Below, piece by piece: positions 20,187 through 30,047 of a stretch of 64,000 nucleotides of DNA. Positions within the stretch are counted from its first letter, which is position 1. The number at the start of each line of letters is the position of its first letter. This DNA is from Pseudomonadota bacterium (lineage in GTDB: Bacteria; Bdellovibrionota_C; UBA2361; SZUA-149; DAOLCO01). The DNA lies in assembly GCA_027487795.1 (NCBI GenBank), contig JAIYCX010000031.1:215291-279290 (forward strand), read 5' to 3'. Position numbers and translations under genes: made by a program. The notes beneath the pieces were generated by a model. That model was not told the DNA's origin. It made no database searches and saw nothing but the letters and a program-made list of their open reading frames with translations.

Positions 20187-20762
20187 TTATGAGTGCTCTA
20201 TTTTGTAGATAACCTCTCCGTATTCAACCATCTGACCATCTTCTAGGCAGATTTCTACGATCTTACCACTAAACTCAGAATCAATTTCATTCATAAGTTT
20301 CATAGCTTCAATGATACAAAGGACATCGCCTTTCTTAATTTGATCACCGACTTCAACAAATGGCTCAGCATCAACAGCTGGTCTTCTATAAAAAGTACCA
20401 ACCATAGGTGATCGAATTTCTTTTAAATTCTTGGAAACTGGTTTATTGGTCTGCGAAGAGTCTGCTGAAGTTGCAACAGCTGGTGTATTATCCGATACAG
20501 GACCCGCCGAAGGTGCCGCTGGATTAGCATACATCGGAGGTGCGTAAAATTGTTGTGGATAACCTGCTTGATAAGCATTGTTTGATACATCCTTTGGACC
20601 TCTTTTAAGCCAGATTTTCTCATCTTCTCTTTCTAGCTTAAATTCTGTTACTTCATGTTTTTCGAGTGTTTCTAGAAGTTTTTGAATGTCATCTATTGCT
20701 AAAGGTTTGTGCTCATCTGTTTTAACAGATTTAGACACCATATCTTTCTTATCGGAAGCCAT
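20187..20762 (-). CDS. accB: Acetyl-CoA carboxylase biotin carboxyl carrier protein
   Basis: C-terminal '[12 protein letters not shown]' biotinyl-lysine motif, and an Ala/Pro-rich linker. Confidence 0.85.
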   Translation of the reverse strand: MASDKKDMVSKSVKTDEHKPLAIDDIQKLLETLEKHEVTEFKLEREDEKIWLKRGPKDVSNNAYQAGYPQQFYAPPMYANPAAPSAGPVSDNTPAVATSADSSQTNKPVSKNLKEIRSPMVGTFYRRPAVDAEPFVEVGDQIKKGDVLCIIEAMKLMNEIDSEFSGKIVEICLEDGQMVEYGEVIYKIEHS

Positions 20763-20847
20763 ATTTCAACGACCCTTTGATTTATTTAAGAGTTATTTTT
20801 ATTTTTTGAAGAAGTAGAATTTAACAACTGTAAAAGCTGAATAAGAA

Positions 20848-21000
20848 CTAAACTTTACCTTCTTTGTAAACCACGTGTTTTCTAGCTACTGGATCGTATT
20901 TTTTTACTTCCATCTTCTCTGGCTTCTTACGTTTATTCTTCGTAGTAGTGTAGAAATGACCAGTATTTGCTGTTGAAACTAGCTTTATTATATCTCTCAT
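20848..21000 (-). CDS. rpmG: 50S ribosomal protein L33
   Basis: Reverse-strand translation is '[50 protein letters not shown]'. It matches the L33 'KLVSxAGTGxFYTTxKNKR...KYDPVxRKHVxYKExK' pattern. Below the length cutoff of the ORF track. Confidence 0.8.
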   Translation of the reverse strand: MRDIIKLVSTANTGHFYTTTKNKRKKPEKMEVKKYDPVARKHVVYKEGKV

Positions 21001-21186
21001 AAAATCTCCTAGCGTTTTATTATTCTATTATGAAAATCTTTCTGTTTGAAAATTTCTTTATATGAAAATCATACGATTTTAAACTCACACGATGTTAAAA
21101 TTAATATTCGTATGAACAAATTAAAATAGCCAAGAACCATAATTTAAGCTAACAACTAGCTTCAAATATGATACTTTGGTGGGCTG

Positions 21187-22176
21187 ATGTATAGCTCAAA
21201 GAGGGAAATGACGCAAAATTTGATCTCAAAATCTACTTTCGGAGTAGTTGACCTAGGCTCTGCTGCCCTTCGTTTCGATCTTTATCAAATCCCAGATAAC
21301 AAGCTAAAAATAATCAACTTAATTAATAATACACGCTATTTACTCAGATTAGGCAATAGAGACGGCAACACCGAAATAAATACAAAAAAAGTAGAAAATA
21401 CCCAAAACGCCTGTAAAGAAATAAGAAAAATACTAGATCAGTATGCTAATGTTAAGTTTTCCAGCGTTGCTACAGAATCTTTAAGAGCTGCAATTAATGG
21501 AAATCTCATCTCTCAATCCTGTTCTGAAATTCTAAAAACTGACCTAAATATAATATCACCAAGCGAAGAAGCTAGACTTACGAGCTTAGGGATTTGTTTC
21601 TTTGAAAAAATGGATAGTTTAAATTTAAAACTAGGTGAAGAAGTCTTATTTATTGATATCGGTGGTGGCAGCACTGAAATTTCAAAACATATTTATGTAA
21701 ATAAGAACAATCTTAGTCTTGAAACTAGCATAAGTACCAATGTCGGAGTCCTAGAAGGCGGATCAGACCCAGAGGCAATTCTTGAATTAATTAAAAAACT
21801 TAATATTAAGAAGAATTCAAAAATTATTGGATCAAGTGGAACATTCAGATCCATTTTAGAAATTCATAAAAATCTAAAAAAATTAAACCCTAATTTAAAT
21901 TATCTTAGTAGTGAAGATATTGAAGAAATAATTTATCTGAGTAAAAAACTAACAAAAGAAGAGTATATAATTTTTACGGAGCCTGCTGCAAATAGAAGAG
22001 ACCTACTTCCTAAAGGTTTTGAAATTGTAAGACTACTATTAAATGAAATAAATCCACATAACATATACGTATCTAAATTTTCTCTTAGACACGGTCTGCT
22101 GGCAGAGATGATCATGTCGGAATATGATCATCAAGCAAAACAAATTACAAACTCAGGTTGGGAAATTTGTAATTAA
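21187..22176 (+). CDS. Ppx/GppA-family phosphatase (exopolyphosphatase-like, N-terminal domain only)
   Basis: 'GVVDLGSAALRFDLYQ' and 'IDIGGGSTEIS' ASKHA-fold motifs of Ppx/GppA. Confidence 0.65.
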   Translation: MYSSKREMTQNLISKSTFGVVDLGSAALRFDLYQIPDNKLKIINLINNTRYLLRLGNRDGNTEINTKKVENTQNACKEIRKILDQYANVKFSSVATESLRAAINGNLISQSCSEILKTDLNIISPSEEARLTSLGICFFEKMDSLNLKLGEEVLFIDIGGGSTEISKHIYVNKNNLSLETSISTNVGVLEGGSDPEAILELIKKLNIKKNSKIIGSSGTFRSILEIHKNLKKLNPNLNYLSSEDIEEIIYLSKKLTKEEYIIFTEPAANRRDLLPKGFEIVRLLLNEINPHNIYVSKFSLRHGLLAEMIMSEYDHQAKQITNSGWEICN

Positions 22177-23090
22177 ACATTTCGCTTATCTCTTAAAACC
22201 TTAGGTAGTGAAGGTAATATTGAGATAACTAGAATAGAAAGTATAATTAACAAAGAAATAAAAGGTGGTATCTCAATTAATCCTTCCCCAAGCATCTTCA
22301 AGCCAACAAATATAAGAATACAAGAAACACCATAAGATACATACTCAAATAGTTCCATCATACCTGCTAATAGAAAATACAAAGCCCTTAATCCCAATAT
22401 CGCGAATAAATTACTTGAGTACACAATGAAAGGATCTCTCGTAATTCCTAAAATTGCAGGAATAGAATCCAGAGCAAATAAAACATCTGTTAATTCTACA
22501 ACAATTAAAACTACCATTAGAGGCGTTGCATAAAGTAATCCTCCCTCTCTTATTGTAAAGTTCGGTCCTACATAGTCCATCTTTGTTCTAACAACTCTCT
22601 TCACAAGCTTTAAAACTGCATTACTTTCAAGATCTATAGTGTCTTTAAAACCTGATAAAGTTTTAAGGCCGGTTACTAAAATGATAGCTCCAAAAACATA
22701 AATTAACCATGAAAAGCTATGAAGCAAAGATACTCCTCCATATATCAATAGTCCTCTTGTAATAATAGCTCCCAAGACTCCCCAAAAAAGAATTCGGTGT
22801 TGATACTGAGGTTGTATAGAAAAATATTTAAAGATAACAATGAAAAGAAATAAATTATCTACACTTAATGATTTCTCAACTACGTAACCGGTTAAAAAAA
22901 GCATCGCATCGGCACTAGAATGCTCAATTCCTATACCTAACGAAAAAATCAATGCCAAAGTTACCCAAACAATCGACCAACTTAGAGCTTCTTTAAACTT
23001 TACTTCATGAGATTCCTTATGAAAAATCCCTAAATCTATTGCTAAGCAAGAGATCACGATAACAAATAGTATAATCCAGTCTATGTTCAT
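22173..23090 (-). CDS. TerC/Alx-family integral membrane protein
   Basis: Polytopic protein with 'SVDNLFLFIVIFKYF' and 'DSIPAI' TerC signature segments. Confidence 0.7.
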   Translation of the reverse strand: MNIDWIILFVIVISCLAIDLGIFHKESHEVKFKEALSWSIVWVTLALIFSLGIGIEHSSADAMLFLTGYVVEKSLSVDNLFLFIVIFKYFSIQPQYQHRILFWGVLGAIITRGLLIYGGVSLLHSFSWLIYVFGAIILVTGLKTLSGFKDTIDLESNAVLKLVKRVVRTKMDYVGPNFTIREGGLLYATPLMVVLIVVELTDVLFALDSIPAILGITRDPFIVYSSNLFAILGLRALYFLLAGMMELFEYVSYGVSCILIFVGLKMLGEGLIEIPPFISLLIILSILVISILPSLPKVLRDKRNV

Positions 23091-23114
23091 TCTAATAATT
23101 CATTATAATAATAG

Positions 23115-23738
23115 TTAAATCCTTCTTCTTCCACTAAAAGACATTCTTAATGTCATATCATCTGCATACTCTAATTCCCCACCCTTAGGTAGCCCCTGAG
23201 CTAATCTTGTAACATTTAATTTAAGCTCATCTAATGCATCTGCTAGATAGAGAGACGTAGCATCCCCCTCTATAGTTGTACTAGTTGCTAATATTAGCTC
23301 AGAAAGTGGTAATATTACAGGATCTTCATTTACCTTAGTATTGATGTGAAGTCTCTTAATTAATTTATCAATTGTTAGATGCTCAGGCTTGACTCCTCTT
23401 AATGGTGACCATGATCCATGAAGAACGTGATATAGACCTCGATAGGAGCCACTTCTTTCTAAAGAAAAAATATCAGATGGCCTTTCAACTACGCAAAGCT
23501 GATCTTTAAGTCTAGAAGAATTTGAACAAATTTCACATACGAGATCATCCGATAACCCATGACAAAAAGAACACCACCTTAAACTTTCTTTGGCTAAAAT
23601 AATTGAATCCGCTAATATTTTGACCTCTTCATTTTTTTTGTTTAAAATATGATAGGCTATACGATAAGCACTTCGCTCACCTACTGAAGGTAGCTTACTT
23701 AATTCAAATACTAATTTTTTAAAAGATCTAGGGACCAC
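23115..23738 (-). CDS. recR: Recombination protein RecR
   Basis: 'LPSVGERSAYRIAYHIL' HhH, a C4 zinc finger 'CSFCHGLSDDLVCEIC' and a Toprim domain. 207 aa. Confidence 0.9.
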   Translation of the reverse strand: MVPRSFKKLVFELSKLPSVGERSAYRIAYHILNKKNEEVKILADSIILAKESLRWCSFCHGLSDDLVCEICSNSSRLKDQLCVVERPSDIFSLERSGSYRGLYHVLHGSWSPLRGVKPEHLTIDKLIKRLHINTKVNEDPVILPLSELILATSTTIEGDATSLYLADALDELKLNVTRLAQGLPKGGELEYADDMTLRMSFSGRRRI

Positions 23739-25510
23739 TAACTATCTCTTTTATTTGTTGAGTCCGCACTAACAACTTCTGGAATTATTTTTTCAATAGC
23801 ACTTCCTTCAAATACTTCTAAAACAATTTTTACAGCTTCTCCATCTTTGGCTTCGGATTCTATTTTTTCAATTCTTTCTTTACGTTTTTGCTCAGTAGTA
23901 TGCGCCTGCGAGCCCTTAATATGTCCATTCTTATTTATAGCAGACAATGTATTAGATCCCGTGTCTGAAACTGTGATCTTTTCAATGTGATTTTCAATAA
24001 TAAAATCCACATTCCAATTATCAACGTGCGAAAAGACAGTTAGCTGTTTTTTTAAATTTGTAAATGCTTGTTTTTCTTTAATTGAATCAATTACGAAGCT
24101 AGTTCCTTTAAGTTTTAAAACTCCTGTTCTATCTTTTACTATAAAAGTGCTAGGAGCAACTCTAGTTAAGTAAGTAGTTAACAAGACTTCCGAACTCTTC
24201 TTTAAATGCCCCATGAATGAAGTCCAACTAAGGTCCTGCTGATAAACTTCTTTGTAGTTTTCAGCTATTGGCTTTTTTTTTTGCTCTTCTGTGTAATTAC
24301 TTGAACTCGTAATCTCAGAATTTGGGGCACTAGCTAGTGTTACTGTAGACACTGGCATAATTGCAAGTGGTAATGAGGTTAACTTATTGGCATAGCATAG
24401 CTTAATTATTCCAGACTCTATTACATACTGCGCATATTCACTCTTAATAGCCGTATCACAAACTAATCTTGCTATTTCAAATAATATAGAAAAAGTTTCC
24501 GCAGACCTATTCTCTGTAATCTTTCTGATAGCGCTTTGTTCAACATCTGATAAATCTTTTAATTCAAAGAACCTATTTACAGCTTGAGCACCACGTCGAC
24601 TAGCTAAACTATAAAGAAATACTAATCTAAAATATAATAAAAAGTCAGATAAAAAAGCTTTTACCTCTATTCCTTGATTAAAAGCATTTTCTACCTGATG
24701 CAAAGCTTCATCTTCATTAGCATTCAAAACTAAATCTATGAGATTAAGAAAATAACTCGCATCTAAAGTTCCAAACAATAAAGCCAAATCTGAAGATTTA
24801 AGCTCTTCATCTGTAAAAGAACATACTCTATCAAGCAGACTACTGGCATCTCTCATACCACCATCTGCGACTCTAGAAACTAGACGTAATACTTCTTGAG
24901 ATATTTTAATACCTTCTTTTTGGCAGATATAAGTAAGCTGAGAAACTATATGTTCTGATCTTAACTTTCTAAAAGTATGTTCTTGACAACGTGACTTTAC
25001 TGTATCGGGAATTTTATGTGTTTCCGTTGTAGCAAGAATAAATAAAGTATTCTTTGGCGGCTCCTCGATACTCTTAAGTAGGGCATTAAAAGCAGCCGTT
25101 GATAACATGTGAACTTCATCTATAATATAAATCTTAAACTTTATTCCTGGCGGAGTTGCTGTATATAAAGTTTCAATTAATTCTCTTACATCTTCTACGC
25201 TATTGTTTGAAGCTCCATCTATTTCAATGACAGCAAGATTATTTCCCTTTGCGATCTCCTGACAGCTACCACACTCTCCACAAGGAACAGGTTCTTCATT
25301 AACTAAAGAAATCGAAGCGCAATTTAATATTTTAGCTAGTATTCTTGCGCATGATGTTTTTCCAACACCTCTTGGTCCGCTAAATAGCAGAGCGTGAGGA
25401 ACCCGATCTCTAGTGACTGCATTAGAAAGTGCCAAAGTCACATGATCTTGACCAGTAACTTCACTAAATTTTTGGGGTCTATATTTTCTAGCAAAAACTA
25501 AATATGACAT
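23738..25510 (-). CDS. dnaX: DNA polymerase III subunit tau/gamma
   Basis: 'LLFSGPRGVGKTSCARILAK' Walker A and a zinc module 'CGECGSCQEI'. 590 aa. Its stop overlaps the recR start. Confidence 0.9.
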   Translation of the reverse strand: MSYLVFARKYRPQKFSEVTGQDHVTLALSNAVTRDRVPHALLFSGPRGVGKTSCARILAKILNCASISLVNEEPVPCGECGSCQEIAKGNNLAVIEIDGASNNSVEDVRELIETLYTATPPGIKFKIYIIDEVHMLSTAAFNALLKSIEEPPKNTLFILATTETHKIPDTVKSRCQEHTFRKLRSEHIVSQLTYICQKEGIKISQEVLRLVSRVADGGMRDASSLLDRVCSFTDEELKSSDLALLFGTLDASYFLNLIDLVLNANEDEALHQVENAFNQGIEVKAFLSDFLLYFRLVFLYSLASRRGAQAVNRFFELKDLSDVEQSAIRKITENRSAETFSILFEIARLVCDTAIKSEYAQYVIESGIIKLCYANKLTSLPLAIMPVSTVTLASAPNSEITSSSNYTEEQKKKPIAENYKEVYQQDLSWTSFMGHLKKSSEVLLTTYLTRVAPSTFIVKDRTGVLKLKGTSFVIDSIKEKQAFTNLKKQLTVFSHVDNWNVDFIIENHIEKITVSDTGSNTLSAINKNGHIKGSQAHTTEQKRKERIEKIESEAKDGEAVKIVLEVFEGSAIEKIIPEVVSADSTNKRDS

Positions 25511-25539
25511 GAGGCCAGTATATTAATAAAAACCGAGTA

Positions 25540-25650
25540 ATGATAGAAAGAAGTTGGTCAAGACCACGACACAGATAACTAACGCTACCACTGCTTCCTT
25601 TCGGATCTGATGGGGTTTACGGGCTAACTTGCATGGCCTCAACCATAAGA
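25540..25650 (-). ncRNA. ffs: Signal recognition particle RNA (small 4.5S-type). Boundaries are approximate.
   Basis: The reverse strand of 25576-25609 reads 'cguaaaccccaucagauccgaaaggaagcagugguagcg'. This matches the conserved domain IV core 'GUUUACCAGGUCAGGUCCGGAAGGAAGCAGCCAAGG'. It lies immediately upstream of dnaX on the same strand, the classic ffs-dnaX arrangement. Confidence 0.55.
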
Positions 25651-25775
25651 AGCCAGCTTACTACTCTATTGCGAAAATTAGATCAAGTAGTGCTTAAAGT
25701 TGTAAACTATTAATATAATTAAATATTTACAACATGCCATTATTGATAAGCTATTAAATACTTAAAATTACGACA

Positions 25776-27311
25776 CTAATGATAACTAGCACCTTCAATT
25801 TCGGAACTTAGATCAACTTTTTCTACTTGGTTAACTCCATTTGACGAAGAATTTACCTTTCTCCTATCTCCTCGAAGAACTAGACTTAACGATTTAGCAA
25901 TCTCTTTTAACGACTCTCCATATTCTTGCAAAGTAACACTACTAGCTGCTGTCTCTTCTGCTGCTGCTGCATTTAATTGAGTAGTATTATTTAGCTCATC
26001 AATTGCTCTTTCAACTTGAGCAATACCTGTAGATTGTTCACTCGCCCCAGCTGCAATTTCTTCTACTAATTTTTTTACCTCTACAGCCTGGTCTAGAATA
26101 TTATCTAATACCAAAGAAGTACCATGAACTCCATTGCTACCATCTTTTACTTTTTCCACACTAGCATTTATTAATGTAGCAATTTCTCTTGCAGCGTCTC
26201 CACTTCTATGAGCTAAACTTCTGACCTCTTCCGCTACGACAGCAAATCCTTTCCCAGCATCTCCCGCTCTAGCTGCTTCCACAGCAGCATTTAATGCAAG
26301 TAAATTAGTTTGGAATGCTATTTCATCTATTATTCTTGTTATTGCTTGAATTTCTTCTGAACTTTTTGTGATATCTTCCATAATTGTTACAAGAGTATTC
26401 ATTGACTTCTTACCCTCTTCCGTAACTTGACTGTTTTTTATAGCTATCTCCTTAGCATTTGAAGCACCTTTTGCATTACTAGAAACTAAATTTGATAAAT
26501 CTTTAATACTAGCTGAAATTTCTTCTAATGCCGCTGCTGACTCTTGAGATCCTTGAGCTATAGATTGACTAGTTCTAGCAAACTCATCACTAGATCTAGA
26601 AATTCCTCTACTATTATCACTAACTCCAAAACTATAACTAAGTAATTTTTTTGTTGCTGATTTTAAAGTGTAAATATTACACAAAACTAGAACTAGCCCA
26701 CCTATTAATGAAATTATTATTTTAAATAATAATTCATTACTTTCTTTCAAATAATCAACTTCAATATCTTGATAGCTTTTACTTGCTGCGGAAACTTTTA
26801 ATGTTATTAATTCAGAAAATGTTGACAAAACTTTGTTTCGAATAGGAACTAATACACTCTGTATCATTTCATTTCCATCATTTATTAATTGATTATTATC
26901 GACATTTTCTTTATCCCAAAGTTTATCGAAAGTTTGTATTAGTGCTCCTAACTCACCTACTGATTCTGTTGTTTTTATAGATAATTTTTTTATTTCCTCG
27001 TCTTCATTATTTTTAAGCTCAGTTAATAATGCGACTATTTGATTAACATATTCTGTTCTTTTTGCTCGAAATGCCTCTCTATCTTCTCGCGATTTAGATA
27101 TAAGTATATCTCTTAATGACATAGAAGTTTTCAGTAATAGCTCTTTAAAACTAGATAGCTGGCTAACTAGAACTGTTCCTGTTAGCTCTTCTTTATTCTT
27201 TGCTAAAAGTAAGCTATTTGAATAGCCCATCCATAGACAAATTCCACTAGAAAACAAAAAGCTGATAATACAAAAGCTAATTACCTTGCACTGTAAAGAA
27301 GTTCTGTTCAT
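25776..27311 (-). CDS. Methyl-accepting chemotaxis protein
   Basis: N-terminal TM, a second TM, a HAMP-like segment, and the highly conserved MCP signalling hairpin '[40 protein letters not shown]'. Confidence 0.85.
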   Translation of the reverse strand: MNRTSLQCKVISFCIISFLFSSGICLWMGYSNSLLLAKNKEELTGTVLVSQLSSFKELLLKTSMSLRDILISKSREDREAFRAKRTEYVNQIVALLTELKNNEDEEIKKLSIKTTESVGELGALIQTFDKLWDKENVDNNQLINDGNEMIQSVLVPIRNKVLSTFSELITLKVSAASKSYQDIEVDYLKESNELLFKIIISLIGGLVLVLCNIYTLKSATKKLLSYSFGVSDNSRGISRSSDEFARTSQSIAQGSQESAAALEEISASIKDLSNLVSSNAKGASNAKEIAIKNSQVTEEGKKSMNTLVTIMEDITKSSEEIQAITRIIDEIAFQTNLLALNAAVEAARAGDAGKGFAVVAEEVRSLAHRSGDAAREIATLINASVEKVKDGSNGVHGTSLVLDNILDQAVEVKKLVEEIAAGASEQSTGIAQVERAIDELNNTTQLNAAAAEETAASSVTLQEYGESLKEIAKSLSLVLRGDRRKVNSSSNGVNQVEKVDLSSEIEGASYH

Positions 27312-27410
27312 ATTTTTATATAGTTTATGTTCGCTATTTGTTGAATACTTGAGATAGAATCGTCAAAAAGAATAAAAAACTAAAATTTTTTTTTTAAACA
27401 TATAGTAAAT

Positions 27411-27944
27411 ATGAACACAATAAACGCACTAAAAAGCTATGCTTTAATACTCGTTAGCATTCAACATATTAATATCAATTTTTCACTTGCTGATAACAAT
27501 CCATTAACATCTAACAATACTTCAGAAGTCTCAAATGTTGAAGATCTAGAATTAATTGCTCATATCGAAGATGAAATAAAAAACACAAATAGCGAACTCT
27601 CAAATAGTTTAAAAAACGACATTAGCTGGCCAGAGTATGAAAAATCTAAATGTAGTGCTGTGGTAAAAAATATCGATATTAAAACAAATAATGATTCTAA
27701 GCTTTACTTTGTTACAACTAAAGATAACTGTGGGGGAGGCGCAAGTTCAGGGCCAATATGGATAATAAGGAAGCATGATAAATCTTTTAATATTTTACTG
27801 TCAACCATTGGACAGAGTATTTTTATCAAAAAAGAATCCCAAAATACTATATTTCCAGATTTATACGTAACAGACTCTTTTGGACCAGAAATATACAACA
27901 AAAAATGGTCTTACCAATCAGACAAATACATTCAATCAAAATAA
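27411..27944 (+). CDS. Secreted hypothetical protein (signal peptide, 177 aa)
   Basis: ORF with a hydrophobic N-terminus. No recognisable domain. Confidence 0.35.
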   Translation: MNTINALKSYALILVSIQHININFSLADNNPLTSNNTSEVSNVEDLELIAHIEDEIKNTNSELSNSLKNDISWPEYEKSKCSAVVKNIDIKTNNDSKLYFVTTKDNCGGGASSGPIWIIRKHDKSFNILLSTIGQSIFIKKESQNTIFPDLYVTDSFGPEIYNKKWSYQSDKYIQSK

Positions 27945-27982
27945 TAAAAAATACGGAAGAAAAAAATACAAGAAAAAAAATA

Positions 27983-28067
27983 CGGAGAGGGTGAGATTCG
28001 AACTCACGGACCCTTTCGAGTCGCCGGTTTTCAAGACCGGTGCCTTAAACCGCTCGGCCACCTCTCC
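27983..28067 (-). tRNA. tRNA-Ser (anticodon UGA)
   Basis: Reverse strand: 'GGAGAGGUGGCCGAGCGG...ACCGGUCUUGAAAACCGG...GUGAGUUCGAAUCUCACCCUCUCCG'. It has a 7-bp acceptor stem, anticodon loop CUUGAAA, a long variable arm and a TΨC loop UUCGAAU. Confidence 0.85.
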
Positions 28068-28096
28068 ATAAAAAACTATAAAAACATGCCCAAAAA

Positions 28097-28189
28097 TGGC
28101 GGAGAGAGAGGGATTCGAACCCTCGGTACCTCTTTTGGAAGTACACTCGCTTAGCAGGCGAGCACCATCGGCCTCTCGGTCATCTCTCC
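28097..28189 (-). tRNA. tRNA-Ser (anticodon GCU), with encoded 3' CCA
   Basis: Reverse strand: 'GGAGAGAUGACCGAGAGG...CUCGCCUGCUAAGCGAG...GAGGGUUCGAAUCCCUCUCUCUCCGCCA'. It has a long variable arm. The terminal CCA is present in the DNA. Confidence 0.85.
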
Positions 28190-28366
28190 ATTCGACCTTA
28201 TTTTATTGACGGCCTTAGACTTTTACAAGTTGCCTCATGTACTGTTAAGTAAAGATATAATCAAGTGCTAAAATGGACTTTTTTAATCCGACAAAAAAGG
28301 TGCGCCTTAAGACACTCCCATCTCTTTATTTTAGCAGCAAATCTGATACTAACTACAAAGATTAAT

Positions 28367-28456
28367 GGAGAGGTGTCCGAGTGGTTTATGGTGCACGCTT
28401 GGAAAGCGTGTGTACGGTCAAACGTACCGGGGGTTCGAATCCCCCCCCCTCCGCCA
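28367..28456 (+). tRNA. tRNA-Ser (anticodon GGA), with encoded CCA. The acceptor stem has one A:C mismatch next to a C9 homopolymer.
   Basis: 'GGAGAGGUGUCCGAGUGG...CACGCUUGGAAAGCGUG...CGGGGGUUCGAAUCCCCCCCCCUCCGCCA'. It has the type-II (Ser) long variable arm. Confidence 0.8.
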
Positions 28457-28480
28457 AATCTTAATCTTACAGCTAGTATC

Positions 28481-29989
28481 TTATTGTCTTTTTAACTTAG
28501 GGCCAGATCCATGATTCTGCATGTACTCTAAAGAAAGCTGTATTTGGAATACAAATTGCTTAACCGAAGCAAAATCCTCATGGCTGATTTCTTTTTTGCT
28601 ATGACAATTATCAACGTAAAAAACTCCAATAGTTTGATTACTTACAATTACAGGTAATAAAATAGATTCATTATCTCCTAAGCTATCCAAAATCTCATCA
28701 GGTAACTTATCATATTCTCCAGTACTAAAACCATTAACAAGCCAAATTGCCTCTTTACTCTCTAAACATAAATTAAATGGATCTTCTGCGCCTGGCTTTA
28801 AAGCAATTTGAAAAGACTCTAAGGCTCTTATGCAACGTGATCCAAGAATAGACTTTCCCCTTAGCTGTTTTCTATTAGGTGTTATCAAAGCAAATATTAC
28901 TCTGTTAAAACCTATTCCTCTATTAATACCCTCAAGAGCCATTCCTATAACTTCATTAACATCAGTTCCAGCTTCTATAAGTATAGTAATTTCTTTTAAA
29001 ACTTTTAATTGGAAAGTAGGATCTGGTTCGTTAAAGATCACAGGAGCTTCTTTAGACTCTTCTTTTAAACTTTCTTTATTCTTAAATTCTAAAGACTCTT
29101 TAATATGATCTCCTGATAAACCTGGAACGCTTAAATCGGCAGCTGCATTTCCAGCTATAATAGTAGTTTCTCTTAGTGTTCCTAATGTAGTTTCAAAAGG
29201 TAACTCTAAAAAATTGGAAATTTCTCTGACAACAGAAATTGCTCCTGAAGAATCCCAACCAGATTTAACTATAGAAGACAATTGAATACCTAAATCAATT
29301 GACTGCCATTTTTTTAGCTCCTCAGCGGAAGCTCCACTTTCCGGCCTACCATAACTTCCTAGACCCCATACAGAAAAAAGTTTTTCACTAAGTTCTGACA
29401 AACTAAAACCAAGAACAGATTTTTCTATACTAGAATGTTCACTATCTGGTTGGCCTTTATACTTAGTAATAAGTTCTTCCGCTCTTGGATCATTCATTGA
29501 CCAAAATGCCAAATAACCAAGACGACTAAGAATTGCACTTGTAAAAACTTCTTCGCAATTCCGGATACCCTTAAGTAATGAAATTCCTCTAGCCTGGATT
29601 GCACCATGGAATGTTTTGCCAAATTCAGATAATAAGTGATCATTAACGGATTTACTAGCCAGTCCATCCACTATTGATAGAGTAAGGCATAGGGCTTTAA
29701 TTTCTCTAAATCCAAGCATTACTATTGCTCGGTTAACAGTGTTTTTTTTACCCACTACTGGAATTCGATACGCACCTTGAGTATGTCTAAGGATATGCGC
29801 CGTCATCGAAGCATCTTGTTTAATTATATCAGCTAGCCTCTCGATAGGAATATCAGAGTCTTCATGAATTTCTGAAATTGCCTTTAATGTACTTGCAAGA
29901 GCAGGAACTTCTTTCTCTTCAAATTGTTTAGCAAATTCTTTAAGTTCAAGCATACTGACGCTTAATGATAGGATCTTTATTGATAACAT
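28481..29989 (-). CDS. HDOD domain signalling protein with C-terminal GAF-like domain
   Basis: The N-terminal ~200 aa read as HDOD ('...HILRHTQGAYRIPVVGKKNTVNRAIVMLGFREIKALCLTLSIVDGL'). The C-terminal ~160 aa are GAF-like ('VNEVIGMALEGINRGIGFNRVIFALI'). Confidence 0.65.
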   Translation of the reverse strand: MLSIKILSLSVSMLELKEFAKQFEEKEVPALASTLKAISEIHEDSDIPIERLADIIKQDASMTAHILRHTQGAYRIPVVGKKNTVNRAIVMLGFREIKALCLTLSIVDGLASKSVNDHLLSEFGKTFHGAIQARGISLLKGIRNCEEVFTSAILSRLGYLAFWSMNDPRAEELITKYKGQPDSEHSSIEKSVLGFSLSELSEKLFSVWGLGSYGRPESGASAEELKKWQSIDLGIQLSSIVKSGWDSSGAISVVREISNFLELPFETTLGTLRETTIIAGNAAADLSVPGLSGDHIKESLEFKNKESLKEESKEAPVIFNEPDPTFQLKVLKEITILIEAGTDVNEVIGMALEGINRGIGFNRVIFALITPNRKQLRGKSILGSRCIRALESFQIALKPGAEDPFNLCLESKEAIWLVNGFSTGEYDKLPDEILDSLGDNESILLPVIVSNQTIGVFYVDNCHSKKEISHEDFASVKQFVFQIQLSLEYMQNHGSGPKLKRQ

Positions 29990-30047
29990 AATTGTTATCG
30001 ACTAGATGATAAAAAGTCTTTAAGTTCTTTTAATTAACTGGATAATT

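Noticed and set aside
20423-20623. 66-aa minus-strand ORF in an alternate frame within accB
   Set aside because: Falls in the Ala/Pro-rich linker region of accB. Frame artefact.
27704-28495. ORFs 27704-27901 (-), 27880-28071 (+) and 28265-28495 (+)
   Set aside because: Overlap the secreted-protein gene or the three tRNA-Ser genes. The tRNA structures explain the open frames (for example 'GVRIPPPPP' is the C9 tract of tRNA-Ser-GGA).
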